Source: Promethearchaeota archaeon
GTDB lineage: Archaea > Asgardarchaeota > Lokiarchaeia > Sigyniarchaeales > SOKP01
Reading direction: 5' to 3'
Length of the DNA stretch: 64,000 nucleotides
NCBI GenBank assembly: GCA_029838195.1
Contig: JALGVJ010000018.1
Span: 10,204 to 74,203, forward strand
Shown here: positions 29,535-40,027 of the stretch, piece by piece
Layout of the letters: the number at the start of each line of letters is the position of its first letter
Position numbering within the stretch: position 1 is the first letter of the stretch
Notes under the pieces: generated by a model
What the model was told of the DNA's origin: nothing
What the model saw: only the letters and a program-made list of their open reading frames with translations
The model's database searches: none
Position numbers and translations under genes: made by a program

Positions 29535-31347
29535 AGAGGAGGGAGATATTGGCTATATAACCTCTATTAACGGATCTCTCATTAAAATTAAAGGAATAGA
29601 AAAAAAAGCCCGGTTACATGATCTAGTCAAAGTAGTTCAGCATAACATAATAGGCGAAGTAATTCAAATCCACGTAGACCATATCATAGCACAATGTTAT
29701 GAAGAAACTTTTAATTTAAAACTTAACCAACAAGTTATCAATTTAGGCGAGCCGCTCAGCATGGAATTAGGACCGGGATTATTGGGAAAAATTTTTGATG
29801 GAATTCAAAGACCCCTCGAATTTGCTCTCATGCAGTCGGGGAATGAAGGGTTTTTAAAAAGAGGCTTAGAATTCCCCGCTCTATCGCGGACTAAATTGTG
29901 GGAATTCAAACCGGTTAAAAAAATAAATGATACTGTCAGCACAGGCGATGTTATCGGCGTGGTACAAGAAACGGATTCGATCTTACATAAAATTATGGTT
30001 CCTCCCGGTATTTCTGGAAAAATTACACATGTTGTAAAAGGAGGTCAATACCATATAGATGATGAGATTTATCGGTTAAAAATTAAAAATGAAGAACAAT
30101 CTTTTACCATGATTCAAAAATGGCCGATAACGGAAGGCAGACCTTTTATAAAAAAATTAAACTTGAATGAACCTCTCTTAACCGGATTACGAGTAATCGA
30201 TCTTCTATTTCCTATCGCAAAAGGTGGAAGTGTCGCTGTTCCGGGCGGTTTTGGTACGGGCAAGACGGTCATTCAGCAATCTTTAGCAAAATGGTGTGAT
30301 GCTGATGTTATTATATTTGTTGGCTGTGGAGAGCGAGGGAATGAAATCGCAGACGTATTACAGCAATTTTCAGAATTAAAGGATCCACGAACAGGAAAAA
30401 CCTTATTGAATCGCATCGTGTTAATTGCCAATACTTCTAATATGCCCGTTTCGGCTCGTGAAGCGAGCATTTTTTCGGGAGTCACTATTGGAGAATATTA
30501 TAGGGATATGGGATATGATGTGGCATTATTGGCAGATAGTACATCAAGATGGGCCGAATCTTTAAGAGAGATATCCGGCTTATTAGAAGAGATGCCTGCT
30601 GAAGAGGGTTACCCCGCTTATTTGCCTTCTAAGCTTTCAAGTTTTTATGAACGTGCGGGAATCGTACAAGTACTGGGGAATTCTTCAGAGAAAAAAAGAA
30701 TTGGATCCTTAACGATTATTGGATCCGTATCTCCTCCATCCGGAGATTTTAATGAACCGGTTACATCGAATACAAAAAGATTTGTTCAAACATTTTGGGC
30801 TTTAGATGCAAGCCTTGCCTATTCTAAGCATTATCCTGCCATTAATTGGCGAGATTCTTATTCTAATTATCCAGAATACATTTCTGATTGGTGGTATGAA
30901 CGAGACATAGATTGGAGAGGAATAGAATTAGATTGGGATCAATGTAGAATAAAAGTGAATGAAATTTTATCAATAGAAAATGATTTAAAAAATGTTACTC
31001 AATTAATAGGAGAAGAAAATCTGCCCGATGAGCAACAACTTATTTTGTTAATTGCGAAAATAATAAAAAATGGTTTTCTCATTCAGAATGCTTTTAATGA
31101 GATTGACTGTTTCACCACGCCCAAAAAACTTTTAGCTCAAATTAAATTAATCTTGTTGTTTTATCAAGAAGCAAGAGATTTAATTCGTCAAGGTGTTTTA
31201 ATTGAAAATATAAAAAACTTAGAGATTGTAAATGATATTTTAAGAGTTAGTTCTACTATTCCAAATAATGATTTTTCTAAATTAGAAGATTTAAGAGAAA
31301 AGCTAATGAATGAAATGGATTCTTTAAAATCTTTCAAGGTGAGATGA
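29521..31347 (+). CDS. atpA: A/V-type ATPase subunit A
   Basis: Walker A GGFGTGKT, GCGERGNE, NTSNMPV, DSTSRWAE and EEGYPAYL. Confidence 0.97.
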   Translation: MTKFKEEGDIGYITSINGSLIKIKGIEKKARLHDLVKVVQHNIIGEVIQIHVDHIIAQCYEETFNLKLNQQVINLGEPLSMELGPGLLGKIFDGIQRPLEFALMQSGNEGFLKRGLEFPALSRTKLWEFKPVKKINDTVSTGDVIGVVQETDSILHKIMVPPGISGKITHVVKGGQYHIDDEIYRLKIKNEEQSFTMIQKWPITEGRPFIKKLNLNEPLLTGLRVIDLLFPIAKGGSVAVPGGFGTGKTVIQQSLAKWCDADVIIFVGCGERGNEIADVLQQFSELKDPRTGKTLLNRIVLIANTSNMPVSAREASIFSGVTIGEYYRDMGYDVALLADSTSRWAESLREISGLLEEMPAEEGYPAYLPSKLSSFYERAGIVQVLGNSSEKKRIGSLTIIGSVSPPSGDFNEPVTSNTKRFVQTFWALDASLAYSKHYPAINWRDSYSNYPEYISDWWYERDIDWRGIELDWDQCRIKVNEILSIENDLKNVTQLIGEENLPDEQQLILLIAKIIKNGFLIQNAFNEIDCFTTPKKLLAQIKLILLFYQEARDLIRQGVLIENIKNLEIVNDILRVSSTIPNNDFSKLEDLREKLMNEMDSLKSFKVR

Positions 31348-31353
31348 TATTTA

Positions 31354-32745
31354 ATGAGCGTTACGTATAGAAAAATAGATCAAATTATAGGTCCCTTAAT
31401 ATTTTTAAAAAATGAACACGACGTTCAATATGGAGAAATTGTAAAGCTCCACTCTACGGATGGTAAAGAACGCATTGGAGAAGTAATCAAAATAGATGAA
31501 GAAATGATCGTGGTGGAAGTGTTTGAAAGCACTAAAGGATTATCTTCTGAAAATACCGAAGTATTCTTTACAAAAGATACATTTAAAATTAAATTATCGG
31601 TGGACATGCTTGGAAGGGTGTTTAATTCCTTAGGTCAGCCCATCGATATTAGTACTAAAGAAGTCCTTGATTATAATATTTTAACTGAAGAAGAGCGAGA
31701 TATTAATGGAGCTCCTATTAATCCTTTTGCCCGACAATATCCTTCCGATGTCATTCAAACGGGCGTCTCCACGATTGATGGACTCTTTACTTTGATTAGG
31801 GGACAAAAATTACCCATCTTCAGTGCGCAAGGCTTGCCACATAATCAACTTGCGGCTCAAATAATCACTCAAGCAAAAGTATTGACAGAAGAACCCTTTT
31901 TAATCATATTTTGTGGGATTGGAATCATTCGAGATGAGGCCATGTTTTTCTTAGATCGATTTAAAGAGAGTGGTAATATCCAAAACATCATTTCCTTCAT
32001 TAATTTTGCAGATGATCCCATAATGGAACGATTAATCATTCCCAGAGCCGCTCTTACTACAGCAGAATATTTTGCGTTTGAAAAAGACATGCACGTCCTT
32101 ATCGTATTAATTGATATGACGAATTATGCCGAAGCACTGAGAGAATTAAGCTCGGCTAAAGAAGAAATTCCAAGTAGAAAAGGATATCCGGGATATTTAT
32201 ACTCCGATTTAGCCTCTCTTTATGAAAGAACGGGTAAAATCAAGGGAAAAGTGGGTTCTATCACTCAAATCCCCATTTTAACCATGCCAAATGATGATAT
32301 AAGCCATCCAATACCAGATACCACGGGTTATATAACAGAAGGTCAATTGGTACTAAGTCGAGATTTAGATAAAAAAGGTATTTATCCTCCTTTTGAGGTT
32401 TTAGCTTCCATTTCTCGTCTCATGAAAGACGCCATTGGTGTTAAAACCACGCGAGAAGATCATGCTGATGTAAGCTCCCAATTATTAGCGACCTATTCAA
32501 GCGCCTTAGAAGTGAGAGATCTTCTCTCCATCGTGGGAGAAGAAGGGTTAAATCCAGAACAAAAATTGTTATTACAATTTGCAAACGAATTTGAGAATAA
32601 ATTTTTAAATCAAGGCAAAAATGAAAATCGAAGTTTTAATGATACGCTCAATATTGCTTGGGATATTCTTTCCATTTTGCCGAAAAACATGTTGATTAGA
32701 ATATCACAAAAATATATTGATAAATATTACGTGGAACGATATTAA
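31354..32745 (+). CDS. atpB: A/V-type ATPase subunit B
   Basis: [30 protein letters not shown] and [14 protein letters not shown]. Confidence 0.97.
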   Translation: MSVTYRKIDQIIGPLIFLKNEHDVQYGEIVKLHSTDGKERIGEVIKIDEEMIVVEVFESTKGLSSENTEVFFTKDTFKIKLSVDMLGRVFNSLGQPIDISTKEVLDYNILTEEERDINGAPINPFARQYPSDVIQTGVSTIDGLFTLIRGQKLPIFSAQGLPHNQLAAQIITQAKVLTEEPFLIIFCGIGIIRDEAMFFLDRFKESGNIQNIISFINFADDPIMERLIIPRAALTTAEYFAFEKDMHVLIVLIDMTNYAEALRELSSAKEEIPSRKGYPGYLYSDLASLYERTGKIKGKVGSITQIPILTMPNDDISHPIPDTTGYITEGQLVLSRDLDKKGIYPPFEVLASISRLMKDAIGVKTTREDHADVSSQLLATYSSALEVRDLLSIVGEEGLNPEQKLLLQFANEFENKFLNQGKNENRSFNDTLNIAWDILSILPKNMLIRISQKYIDKYYVERY

Positions 32746-32749
32746 ATGG

Positions 32750-33391
32750 GTGAAAAATATTTCCTTTAAAAAATTCAAGCCAACTAAAACGAATTTATTA
32801 TTACTAGAAAAAAAATTAAAATTCACTGTTAGAGGAGAAAATTTTCTCGAATTTAAAAGAGAGCAGATTATAAACGAGATTAAACGATATTTTCCAGAAT
32901 ATCTCTCTTTAAGAAAAGAGTTTTTAGACTTGTATAAACAAGCGATTAAAAAATTGTTTAAAACTTATGAAGACATGGGAACGAGAAATTTTTATTTAAT
33001 CAGTAAAATGAGCAAGATTCAGTTCGCTCCTAAAGTTTCTATTGAATATATAAAACAAATGGGAATCATTATTCCTTCCATTAAATATAAGTTAAAAGAA
33101 GAAAAACAATTGCCCGCTTATTCATTTGAAAATACCAGCCATCATCTTGATGATTTAATAAAAATTTTAATAAATTTATTTCAAACTCTTAATTCCTTGG
33201 CAGAGAAAGAAGACATGGTGCTAAAATATGCTTTAAATTTTAAAAAATTAAACCGGAGGATTAATGGTCTCAAAAATATCATAATCCCCCAACTCCAACA
33301 AGAAATAAAAATAATTAAGGAAATTTTAGAAGAAATTGACAGGGAAAATTTTGTCCGGTTGAAAAAAGTAAAGAGTTTAATAATAAAATGA
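32750..33391 (+). CDS. atpD: A/V-type ATPase subunit D
   Basis: PTKTNL, LEFKRE, RRINGL and DRENFVRLK. GTG start at 32750 preferred. Confidence 0.92.
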   Translation: MKNISFKKFKPTKTNLLLLEKKLKFTVRGENFLEFKREQIINEIKRYFPEYLSLRKEFLDLYKQAIKKLFKTYEDMGTRNFYLISKMSKIQFAPKVSIEYIKQMGIIIPSIKYKLKEEKQLPAYSFENTSHHLDDLIKILINLFQTLNSLAEKEDMVLKYALNFKKLNRRINGLKNIIIPQLQQEIKIIKEILEEIDRENFVRLKKVKSLIIK

Positions 33392-33412
33392 ATATGAGGT
33401 GCCAGAACAGCA

Positions 33413-35641
33413 ATGAAAAATCATACTGAAATGACCCTATTTAGAGTTACTATTAACAAGAATTTTAAGGATAAATTTTTAAATCAACTTTCTCAAATTC
33501 GCAATGTCCACATTAAGGAAAGAACGGATTTAGATGCAAAAAAAAGCGAGCAGGCTTTGGAAGAACAAGTGATAATAAATAAATTAAAGAAATTACGACA
33601 ACTTTCCGATTCCTTATTTAAAAAATTGAATATTAAAGCAACAGACTTTGCACAATTGAAAATTGAAAATAAGCAAATATTTTCTGGCGAGAATCTAGAG
33701 GAGATTATCGACCATGTCACGGAAGAGATTAATTTTTATGTGAATCGAATTAATGAATTGGAGCGATACATTGTCAAGGCAAGCATGGAACTTGAAGCCA
33801 TGAAATTAAATGAGGAATGTTTTAAATTTCTCAATGATTTTGGCTTAAATCGCACCAATTTAAACTATTTTTCCCAACTTGGATTTAAGGTATATACTAC
33901 TTTTAAGAAAAACTTAGAAAATTTCTTAAATTTATTTGAATTTGATGTTTTTCCTAATGTGAATCAATGGAAGGAAATATCCGATGAAAGAATCATATTT
34001 TTTGTCATTTATCCCAAGAACAAAGAAAACGATTTAAAAGAACGAATTAAATTAATTCATGCGGAAGAAATACCTATTTTAAAAAAATATCTATTCCCTG
34101 ACAGAATTAATTTTGATCGCATCTCGAAAGAGATTAATTATATTAATAAAACTTTATCGAAATATGAATATGAAATCCAATACATTCGAGATAAAAACTT
34201 GTTAAAATTCGCTGCAATTGAAGAAGTGATAAAAAACATTGAAGAATACTTCTGGGCAGAACAACAATTTGAGGAAGAAACTCCAGATACTCTAAAGCTT
34301 AAATTTTTCATCCCAATAGATGATAAGGAACAAGTTAAAAATCAACTCATCAAAGTTTTTAAAGATAAAATCACTTTTGATGCGGTTGATATCTCTAAAA
34401 AACGCAAAACCCTTGAGACAAGAAGAGAGAGAAGACAACGAGCCCTTCAAGGTCGCAAGGGGAAAAAAAAGGAAGAAAGCGATCTTAGAAATGAAGCACC
34501 CACCATCATGAGAAATTTCTTTCTTTTTCGACCTTTTGAAACCTTGACGAAAATGTATGGCGTGCCGGCTTATTCGGAAATTGACCCCACCCCTTTCATC
34601 GCCATTACTTTTCCCTTATTATTTGGGTTAATGTTTGGAGATATCGGACATGGCATTGTTTTGATTATCGCAGGGTTTGTCGGAGGCATACTCTTCCGAA
34701 AAAAAGGAGAAAACTTGCGGAATTTTTCTTGGATAATTTTTTATTGTGGTTGGGGTTCGGTTCTTGCGGGTTTCCTCTATGGCGAATTTTTTGGAATGCA
34801 TGAAATGTTTGGGCAAGAGCTAAGACCTGTTGTAATAGGAACCTTTACTTTACATAATCCTCTTGAAAATATTACCACCGTGTTTAAATTTACAATTTTA
34901 ATTGGCGTGTTTCATATAAATCTGGGATGGATAATTCAATTCATGAATTATTGGAAACAATCGCAAAAATACCTTGCAATCACGGACTCTTTTATAAAAA
35001 TCTTGTTTCTCACGGGAGGGACTATACTGCTGTTTGGCTGGGGATTTGACCTTAATGCTTGGCTTTTAGAACCGTATCCCATTCTCTTACCGGTAATTCC
35101 AGGCATATTATTAATCGTTTTAAAACCCCTTGGAAAAGTTCTTAACGTTTCCTACCTCCGAGAAGAATCTTATAGTAGCTTGTTGGGAGAAGGCTCCATG
35201 GAAACGTTTGAAACCTTTTTGTCCGTTTTAAGTAATGTAGCATCCTATATTCGTATATTAGCTTTGAGCTTGGCTCATATCGCATTGATGATTGCCATTC
35301 AAGCCATGATAAATCTCATCCAAGTCGGAAATATCTTCATGCAAATCTTCGTGATAATTGGCTTGATCTTCGGAAATATCGTCGTCATCCTATTAGAAGG
35401 AATTCTCGTATTCATAAATGCCCTCCGATTGCATTTCTATGAATTCTTCTTCAAATTTTATAAAGGTAGCGGTAAGGAATTCTTTCCCTTCTATTTGAGT
35501 AATACTTACTCAACCATTGAAATCGTCTTAAAACCAGAAGTTGACATGATTTCTGAAGAAGTTGAAAGAGAAATTATCGTTAAAAAAGCTCAAGAACATA
35601 TCAAGGAGGCAAAAGATTATATATTGAATAAATATTCGTAA
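33413..35641 (+). CDS. atpI: A/V-type ATPase subunit I (a)
   Basis: YGVPAYSEIDPT, FGLMFGDIGHG, SYIRILAL (essential Arg) and LRLHFYEFF. Confidence 0.96.
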   Translation: MKNHTEMTLFRVTINKNFKDKFLNQLSQIRNVHIKERTDLDAKKSEQALEEQVIINKLKKLRQLSDSLFKKLNIKATDFAQLKIENKQIFSGENLEEIIDHVTEEINFYVNRINELERYIVKASMELEAMKLNEECFKFLNDFGLNRTNLNYFSQLGFKVYTTFKKNLENFLNLFEFDVFPNVNQWKEISDERIIFFVIYPKNKENDLKERIKLIHAEEIPILKKYLFPDRINFDRISKEINYINKTLSKYEYEIQYIRDKNLLKFAAIEEVIKNIEEYFWAEQQFEEETPDTLKLKFFIPIDDKEQVKNQLIKVFKDKITFDAVDISKKRKTLETRRERRQRALQGRKGKKKEESDLRNEAPTIMRNFFLFRPFETLTKMYGVPAYSEIDPTPFIAITFPLLFGLMFGDIGHGIVLIIAGFVGGILFRKKGENLRNFSWIIFYCGWGSVLAGFLYGEFFGMHEMFGQELRPVVIGTFTLHNPLENITTVFKFTILIGVFHINLGWIIQFMNYWKQSQKYLAITDSFIKILFLTGGTILLFGWGFDLNAWLLEPYPILLPVIPGILLIVLKPLGKVLNVSYLREESYSSLLGEGSMETFETFLSVLSNVASYIRILALSLAHIALMIAIQAMINLIQVGNIFMQIFVIIGLIFGNIVVILLEGILVFINALRLHFYEFFFKFYKGSGKEFFPFYLSNTYSTIEIVLKPEVDMISEEVEREIIVKKAQEHIKEAKDYILNKYS

Positions 35642-35730
35642 TCCTCTCTCGCAATTCCTTGTGCTTTATAGTTGCACGAGAAAAAAAACCACGCCGTACT
35701 GCCATTAAAAAATAGGAGAAAAATTAAATA

Positions 35731-36183
35731 ATGGAAAAGAAAAAAAAAGAACACCCTCAAGTCAAAAATGGGTTTAGGAAAAAATGGATGGGAAAAATAA
35801 TAATCTTAGCCATTTATACCGCTTTACTTTCTATTTTATATCTCTACATGATGAGCCTCAATACTCATCCCATAGTCGCATTTTTAACTAATCTTTTCCT
35901 TTTTCTGGTCTTCCTCGGTATTATCATTAAAGGTAAAAATATTAAATCCTTTTATTCCCGCCTATTCCGTTCCAAAAAAGAACGAATGCTCTCCCAATCT
36001 CAAACTAGAAAGAGGAGATATGAGTTGAAAAAAGAAATTCAAAATTCAACAATTAAAGAGATTGCGCCCATAAGTCTTGATTTTAAATATAAAAAAACAT
36101 TGCTGAGAAAATGTGATAACTGCGGAATGGTCTTGCCCGCTTTCGCTAAAAAATGCTATAATTGCGGAAAAGAATTGTCATGA
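35731..36183 (+). CDS. 2-TM membrane protein with a C-terminal zinc ribbon
   Basis: Two hydrophobic helices, then CDNC...CYNC. Confidence 0.75.
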   Translation: MEKKKKEHPQVKNGFRKKWMGKIIILAIYTALLSILYLYMMSLNTHPIVAFLTNLFLFLVFLGIIIKGKNIKSFYSRLFRSKKERMLSQSQTRKRRYELKKEIQNSTIKEIAPISLDFKYKKTLLRKCDNCGMVLPAFAKKCYNCGKELS

Positions 36184-36245
36184 AAAATCCAAAAGAAATA
36201 GAAAATATTATTTTCCATTTATTAGTCCATTCGATAAAAAATCGA

Positions 36246-36344
36246 TGCACCTGCCGGGATTCGAACCCGGGTCGCTGGCTTGGGAAGCCAGCATACTAAC
36301 CATTGTACAAATAGCCGTTTGCTAATTTTCTATACAACAGGTGC
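36246..36344 (-). tRNA. tRNA-Gly(CCC) with a 27-nt intron at 15/16 (36303..36329)
   Basis: Acceptor GCACCTG/CAGGTGC-A, anticodon arm CTGGC-TTCCCAA-GCCAG, T-arm CCGGG-TTCGAAT-CCCGG. Removing 27 nt gives a 72-nt tRNA. Confidence 0.93.
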
Positions 36345-36406
36345 TTGGTTAACCAATTAAAATATAATTAAACGAAATAATTAAATCTTTTTGTTATGGG
36401 ACGGAT

Positions 36407-38596
36407 TCACCATGAAAGTCCTTTTTTAAAACGCAAATCGCTAATGATTTCTTGAGCTTCATGGGGAGGTACTTCCATAAAGGAATGGAATTCATTTTGC
36501 CAGAAGGCTCGTCCGGAAGTGGAGGAGCGAATGTCTTCCACGAATTTTATTGATTTTCTGACGGGGAGGAGGGTTTCGATAGTGGCTTGGTATTCTTTTT
36601 CTTGATTGATGGCCTTAATTTTGGCACCATATTTTGATAAAATCGTCAAGGTATTTTTAATATATTCGGGAGGGACTTGAATGATGGTTTTATAAATCGG
36701 TTCGATAAGGATCATTTCGCTTTCTTTAAGCCCTTGTTTTATTCCATCATAGAGAAGGGCAGATAATTCAGTAAACAAGCGTTCTTCATCAATATCATTT
36801 AAGATTAAATCCATTATTTTAATTTTGATTTGTGTTAATTTTTCACCGGCAAGAGGGCCGTTCATGTGAATTTTTTCAACGATCGTGAGTATATTTTCCT
36901 TGATGAGGGGATTTAATTCTTTTTGGTTTTTAAAGAACAAGATGTTATAATCCTCATCACATTGCCAGAAATCTTGTATTTCTTCCTCAGTAAGGCCAGT
37001 ATTCATTTTTAAGATGGATTTTAGATGGTCAAGGGGTTTAATGGACTCAATGGTAGTGGTTTGCAAAAATTTAACGGTTTTATCATCCAACCGTTCGATT
37101 TGAAGCTTAATGAAATTTTGGCCATTTGCCGAATGAATTTCAATGAGAGAAGATTTATTCTTACAAGATTCTTTAAACACGGGGCGGGGTTCAGAAATGG
37201 AAACCTTAACACCCCGTTTTTCGATTTCTTTGGCAGTAATTTCAAGATGGAGGGGCCCCATACCAGATAATAGAAATTCGCCATTTTCTTCGTTAATTTC
37301 AAATTTTAAATTTGGATCTTCGATTAATAGATGTTCTATTATTTCTTTCATGGACTCAATTTCTCTTAAATATTCGGGTTCGATGGATACAGTCACCACG
37401 GGAGTGGTCACGTATTTCACATTTTCAAAAGGCACCATTTCATTCATGATCGAAGGTTCGATGATGGTTTCCCCACTTTTCACGTTTTTTAAACCTTCAA
37501 TAGCAACGATGTTTCCCGCAGGGAGTTGTTTTACCCGTTGTCTCCGCTGTCCCATGAAAAGAGCAATTTTTTGAATGGTTTCGATCGCATTTTCCCTCAT
37601 GAGAAAAATTTCTTTTTTTTCCGTGCATGTCCCCGAAAAAATTCGGCCCGTAGCGATCAATCCGTGCTTTTCTGCTTGAACCTTGCTCAAGCAAATAACT
37701 AAAGGGCTCCCAGGATCGCATGATTTCATAGCTCTTGCTATCTCAGAGTTTTTGTTTCCTTCCCAAATTTTTTCAATGCGATATTGTTGGGCGGTTCGGG
37801 GGTCCGGTAAATGATTTACTACCATTTCCAAGATTGCCTCATGGATGGGAAAATATACGGTTAAATCTTCAAATTTTCTTTCTGAGATGGTATCTTTTTC
37901 ATAACGTTCTCGAATATCTTTAAACTTTAAGGTACTCTTGTTCAACATATTTAAAGTAAATCCCCATTTATGAAGGGCAGAACCAAACGCAACGGTTCCA
38001 TCCGCGGGCGATACTTTCCAGGCTTGCTTGAAAGGAGACTCCGCAAAGTGTTCGATCAACGTGTTGAAGTCATTGATGATACGCGTGTATTTTTTTCTTA
38101 TTTTATCATCCGTGAGATTAAGTTCTCGAATGAGACGATCTACTTTATTAATAAACAAGACGGGTTTCACGCGCTCTTCTAAAGCTTGTCGTATTACCGT
38201 CTCGGATTGAGAGATGATTTCTTCCACCGCATCCACTACAACAACAACCCCATCGACTAATCTCAAGGCACGAGTCACCTTTCCACTGAAATCTAAGTGG
38301 CCTGGAGTATCAACCAAGTTGATGACGAAAGGTTCGTTTTTTTCGCCCGCTTTCTCATAATACAAGGATATATTTGCGGATTTCATCGTTATTCCTCTTT
38401 TTTGCTCCTCTTCTAAGAAATCTAACGCGCGAGCTTCTCCGGCTAATTCTGGTGATAATAGACCTGCCTCACTCAATAATGAATCTGAGAGTGTTGTTTT
38501 CCCATGATCAATATGTCCGATTAAACCAAAATTCCTGACTGAAGCAGGATTTTTCATTAATGCAACGATTTCAGAAGGATCTTTTCGGCGAGGCAT
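36407..38596 (-). CDS. elongation factor 2 paralog (aEF-2p), no diphthamide HRG motif
   Basis: GHIDHGKTT, RGITM, DTPGH, NKVD, GMGPLHL and RSSTSGRA. The domain IV loop reads LNDIDEERLFTE instead of LHEDxxHRGPAQ. Confidence 0.88.
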   Translation of the reverse strand: MPRRKDPSEIVALMKNPASVRNFGLIGHIDHGKTTLSDSLLSEAGLLSPELAGEARALDFLEEEQKRGITMKSANISLYYEKAGEKNEPFVINLVDTPGHLDFSGKVTRALRLVDGVVVVVDAVEEIISQSETVIRQALEERVKPVLFINKVDRLIRELNLTDDKIRKKYTRIINDFNTLIEHFAESPFKQAWKVSPADGTVAFGSALHKWGFTLNMLNKSTLKFKDIRERYEKDTISERKFEDLTVYFPIHEAILEMVVNHLPDPRTAQQYRIEKIWEGNKNSEIARAMKSCDPGSPLVICLSKVQAEKHGLIATGRIFSGTCTEKKEIFLMRENAIETIQKIALFMGQRRQRVKQLPAGNIVAIEGLKNVKSGETIIEPSIMNEMVPFENVKYVTTPVVTVSIEPEYLREIESMKEIIEHLLIEDPNLKFEINEENGEFLLSGMGPLHLEITAKEIEKRGVKVSISEPRPVFKESCKNKSSLIEIHSANGQNFIKLQIERLDDKTVKFLQTTTIESIKPLDHLKSILKMNTGLTEEEIQDFWQCDEDYNILFFKNQKELNPLIKENILTIVEKIHMNGPLAGEKLTQIKIKIMDLILNDIDEERLFTELSALLYDGIKQGLKESEMILIEPIYKTIIQVPPEYIKNTLTILSKYGAKIKAINQEKEYQATIETLLPVRKSIKFVEDIRSSTSGRAFWQNEFHSFMEVPPHEAQEIISDLRFKKGLSW

Positions 38597-38794
38597 TATA
38601 ATCCATAAAATTCATTGGGATTAGATAATTCTTATTATTAATTGTTAAAATTAATAGGGTGCTAAGAAGGGGGAATGGGAAATGATATTTCATAACTCAA
38701 GATCTTCTTCATCTATTAATTGGAATCTTAATATCGGATGGGTCAGAACATTCATTAAATGATCATTTCCCAAGAAGAAAAAGAACGAATCCTA

Positions 38795-39430
38795 TTATAA
38801 CTTAACTTCTCCATCAATTTTCACTATTCTGCCCTCCACGTGTAGTCGTTTATCGCAGAAGAGTTCAATGGCTTTAGGGAAGATTTTATGCTCCCATTGT
38901 AAGACCCTTGCAGCGAGCGTTTCTTCCGTGTCCGTATCATAGACGGGCACGCATTTTTGAATGATGATGGGGCCATGATCTTCCTTATTATCCACGAAAT
39001 GCACGGTACAGCCTGAGACTTTTACACCATAATTCAAAACATCGAGGTGGGCGTGCATGCCTTTGAAAGAGGGCAATAAGGAAGGATGGATGTTCATCAC
39101 GTTTCCATTAAAGGCATCAATGAAATGTTGGCTAACCAATCTCATGTATCCAACGAGCACGATGAGTTCGCATTCATATTTTTTAAGAACTTGGATCATC
39201 TTATCGTCAAATTCTTCTCTGGTTCCGATGTGTTTATCCGATTCTATTAAATAATAGGTAATGCCGTGATTTTTAGCTCGTTCCAAGCAATAGGCCCCCG
39301 CTTTATTGCATATTAAAACTTCTACTGTGGCTTTATCTTTTAATATTCCTGATTCACACGCTACGACGATGGCTTCAAAATTTGAACCGGAACCGGAAGC
39401 AATGGCTCCAATCTTAACTTTAGATGTCAT
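38795..39430 (-). CDS. purN: phosphoribosylglycinamide formyltransferase
   Basis: SGSGSN, LVGYMRL, NIHPSLLP, GCTVHFV and DHGPII. Start moved to ATG 39430. Confidence 0.95.
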   Translation of the reverse strand: MTSKVKIGAIASGSGSNFEAIVVACESGILKDKATVEVLICNKAGAYCLERAKNHGITYYLIESDKHIGTREEFDDKMIQVLKKYECELIVLVGYMRLVSQHFIDAFNGNVMNIHPSLLPSFKGMHAHLDVLNYGVKVSGCTVHFVDNKEDHGPIIIQKCVPVYDTDTEETLAARVLQWEHKIFPKAIELFCDKRLHVEGRIVKIDGEVKL

Positions 39431-40027
39431 AATATTAGCGTACGTTTTATTTTTAATAAAATTTTTTATCAAGATAAGTATATTCGAGTTAGTTAGGGAA
39501 CTTTGAAAAGAGGAATCCTTGTCGCTTTTTTTTTGAGTTTTACAATTTTTCTTGAAAGATTGGTTTAAATTGGCAAGAATTTGGTAGCGCGAATGATTTT
39601 TAGGATGGTCGCCCAACCTTCTTACTTTAAAGCGAATAAGGAAGATCACCATAGAGAATAGGGTTAAACAAGAGAGAAAAAAATTTTAAGACCCCAATTA
39701 TGGAGAGGAAATTTATTATCTTAAATAATAGAAAGGTTTTTATTTTGTTTTTGTTTTAATTTATCATAGTCTAAGAAAATAATTTTTTCTAGATTTGCTT
39801 TATTATTTTTTAAAACGTAGGTATTACGTTATCTAATTATTTACAAGAATTATACAATTTCAATTATAAAATTAACCAAAATTGAGTTAATTGAAAATTT
39901 ATCATCATTATTATAAAAAGTCTAACATCTTGAATAAAAAATAGATACTTAACAATCAATTCAGAAAGAAGAGCATTATTTTTTCTGAGTTAATTATATA
40001 AAAAAGAAGAATGCATGCTGAAAATCC

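Noticed and set aside
38676-38772. SECIS or C/D-box sRNA interpretation of the hairpin
   Set aside because: Helix 2 pairs poorly, the box spacing is wrong, and purN has no in-frame UGA.
39431-39652. 74-aa N-terminal extension of PurN in the ORF track
   Set aside because: Low-complexity promoter-like sequence. Homology starts at MTSKVKIG.
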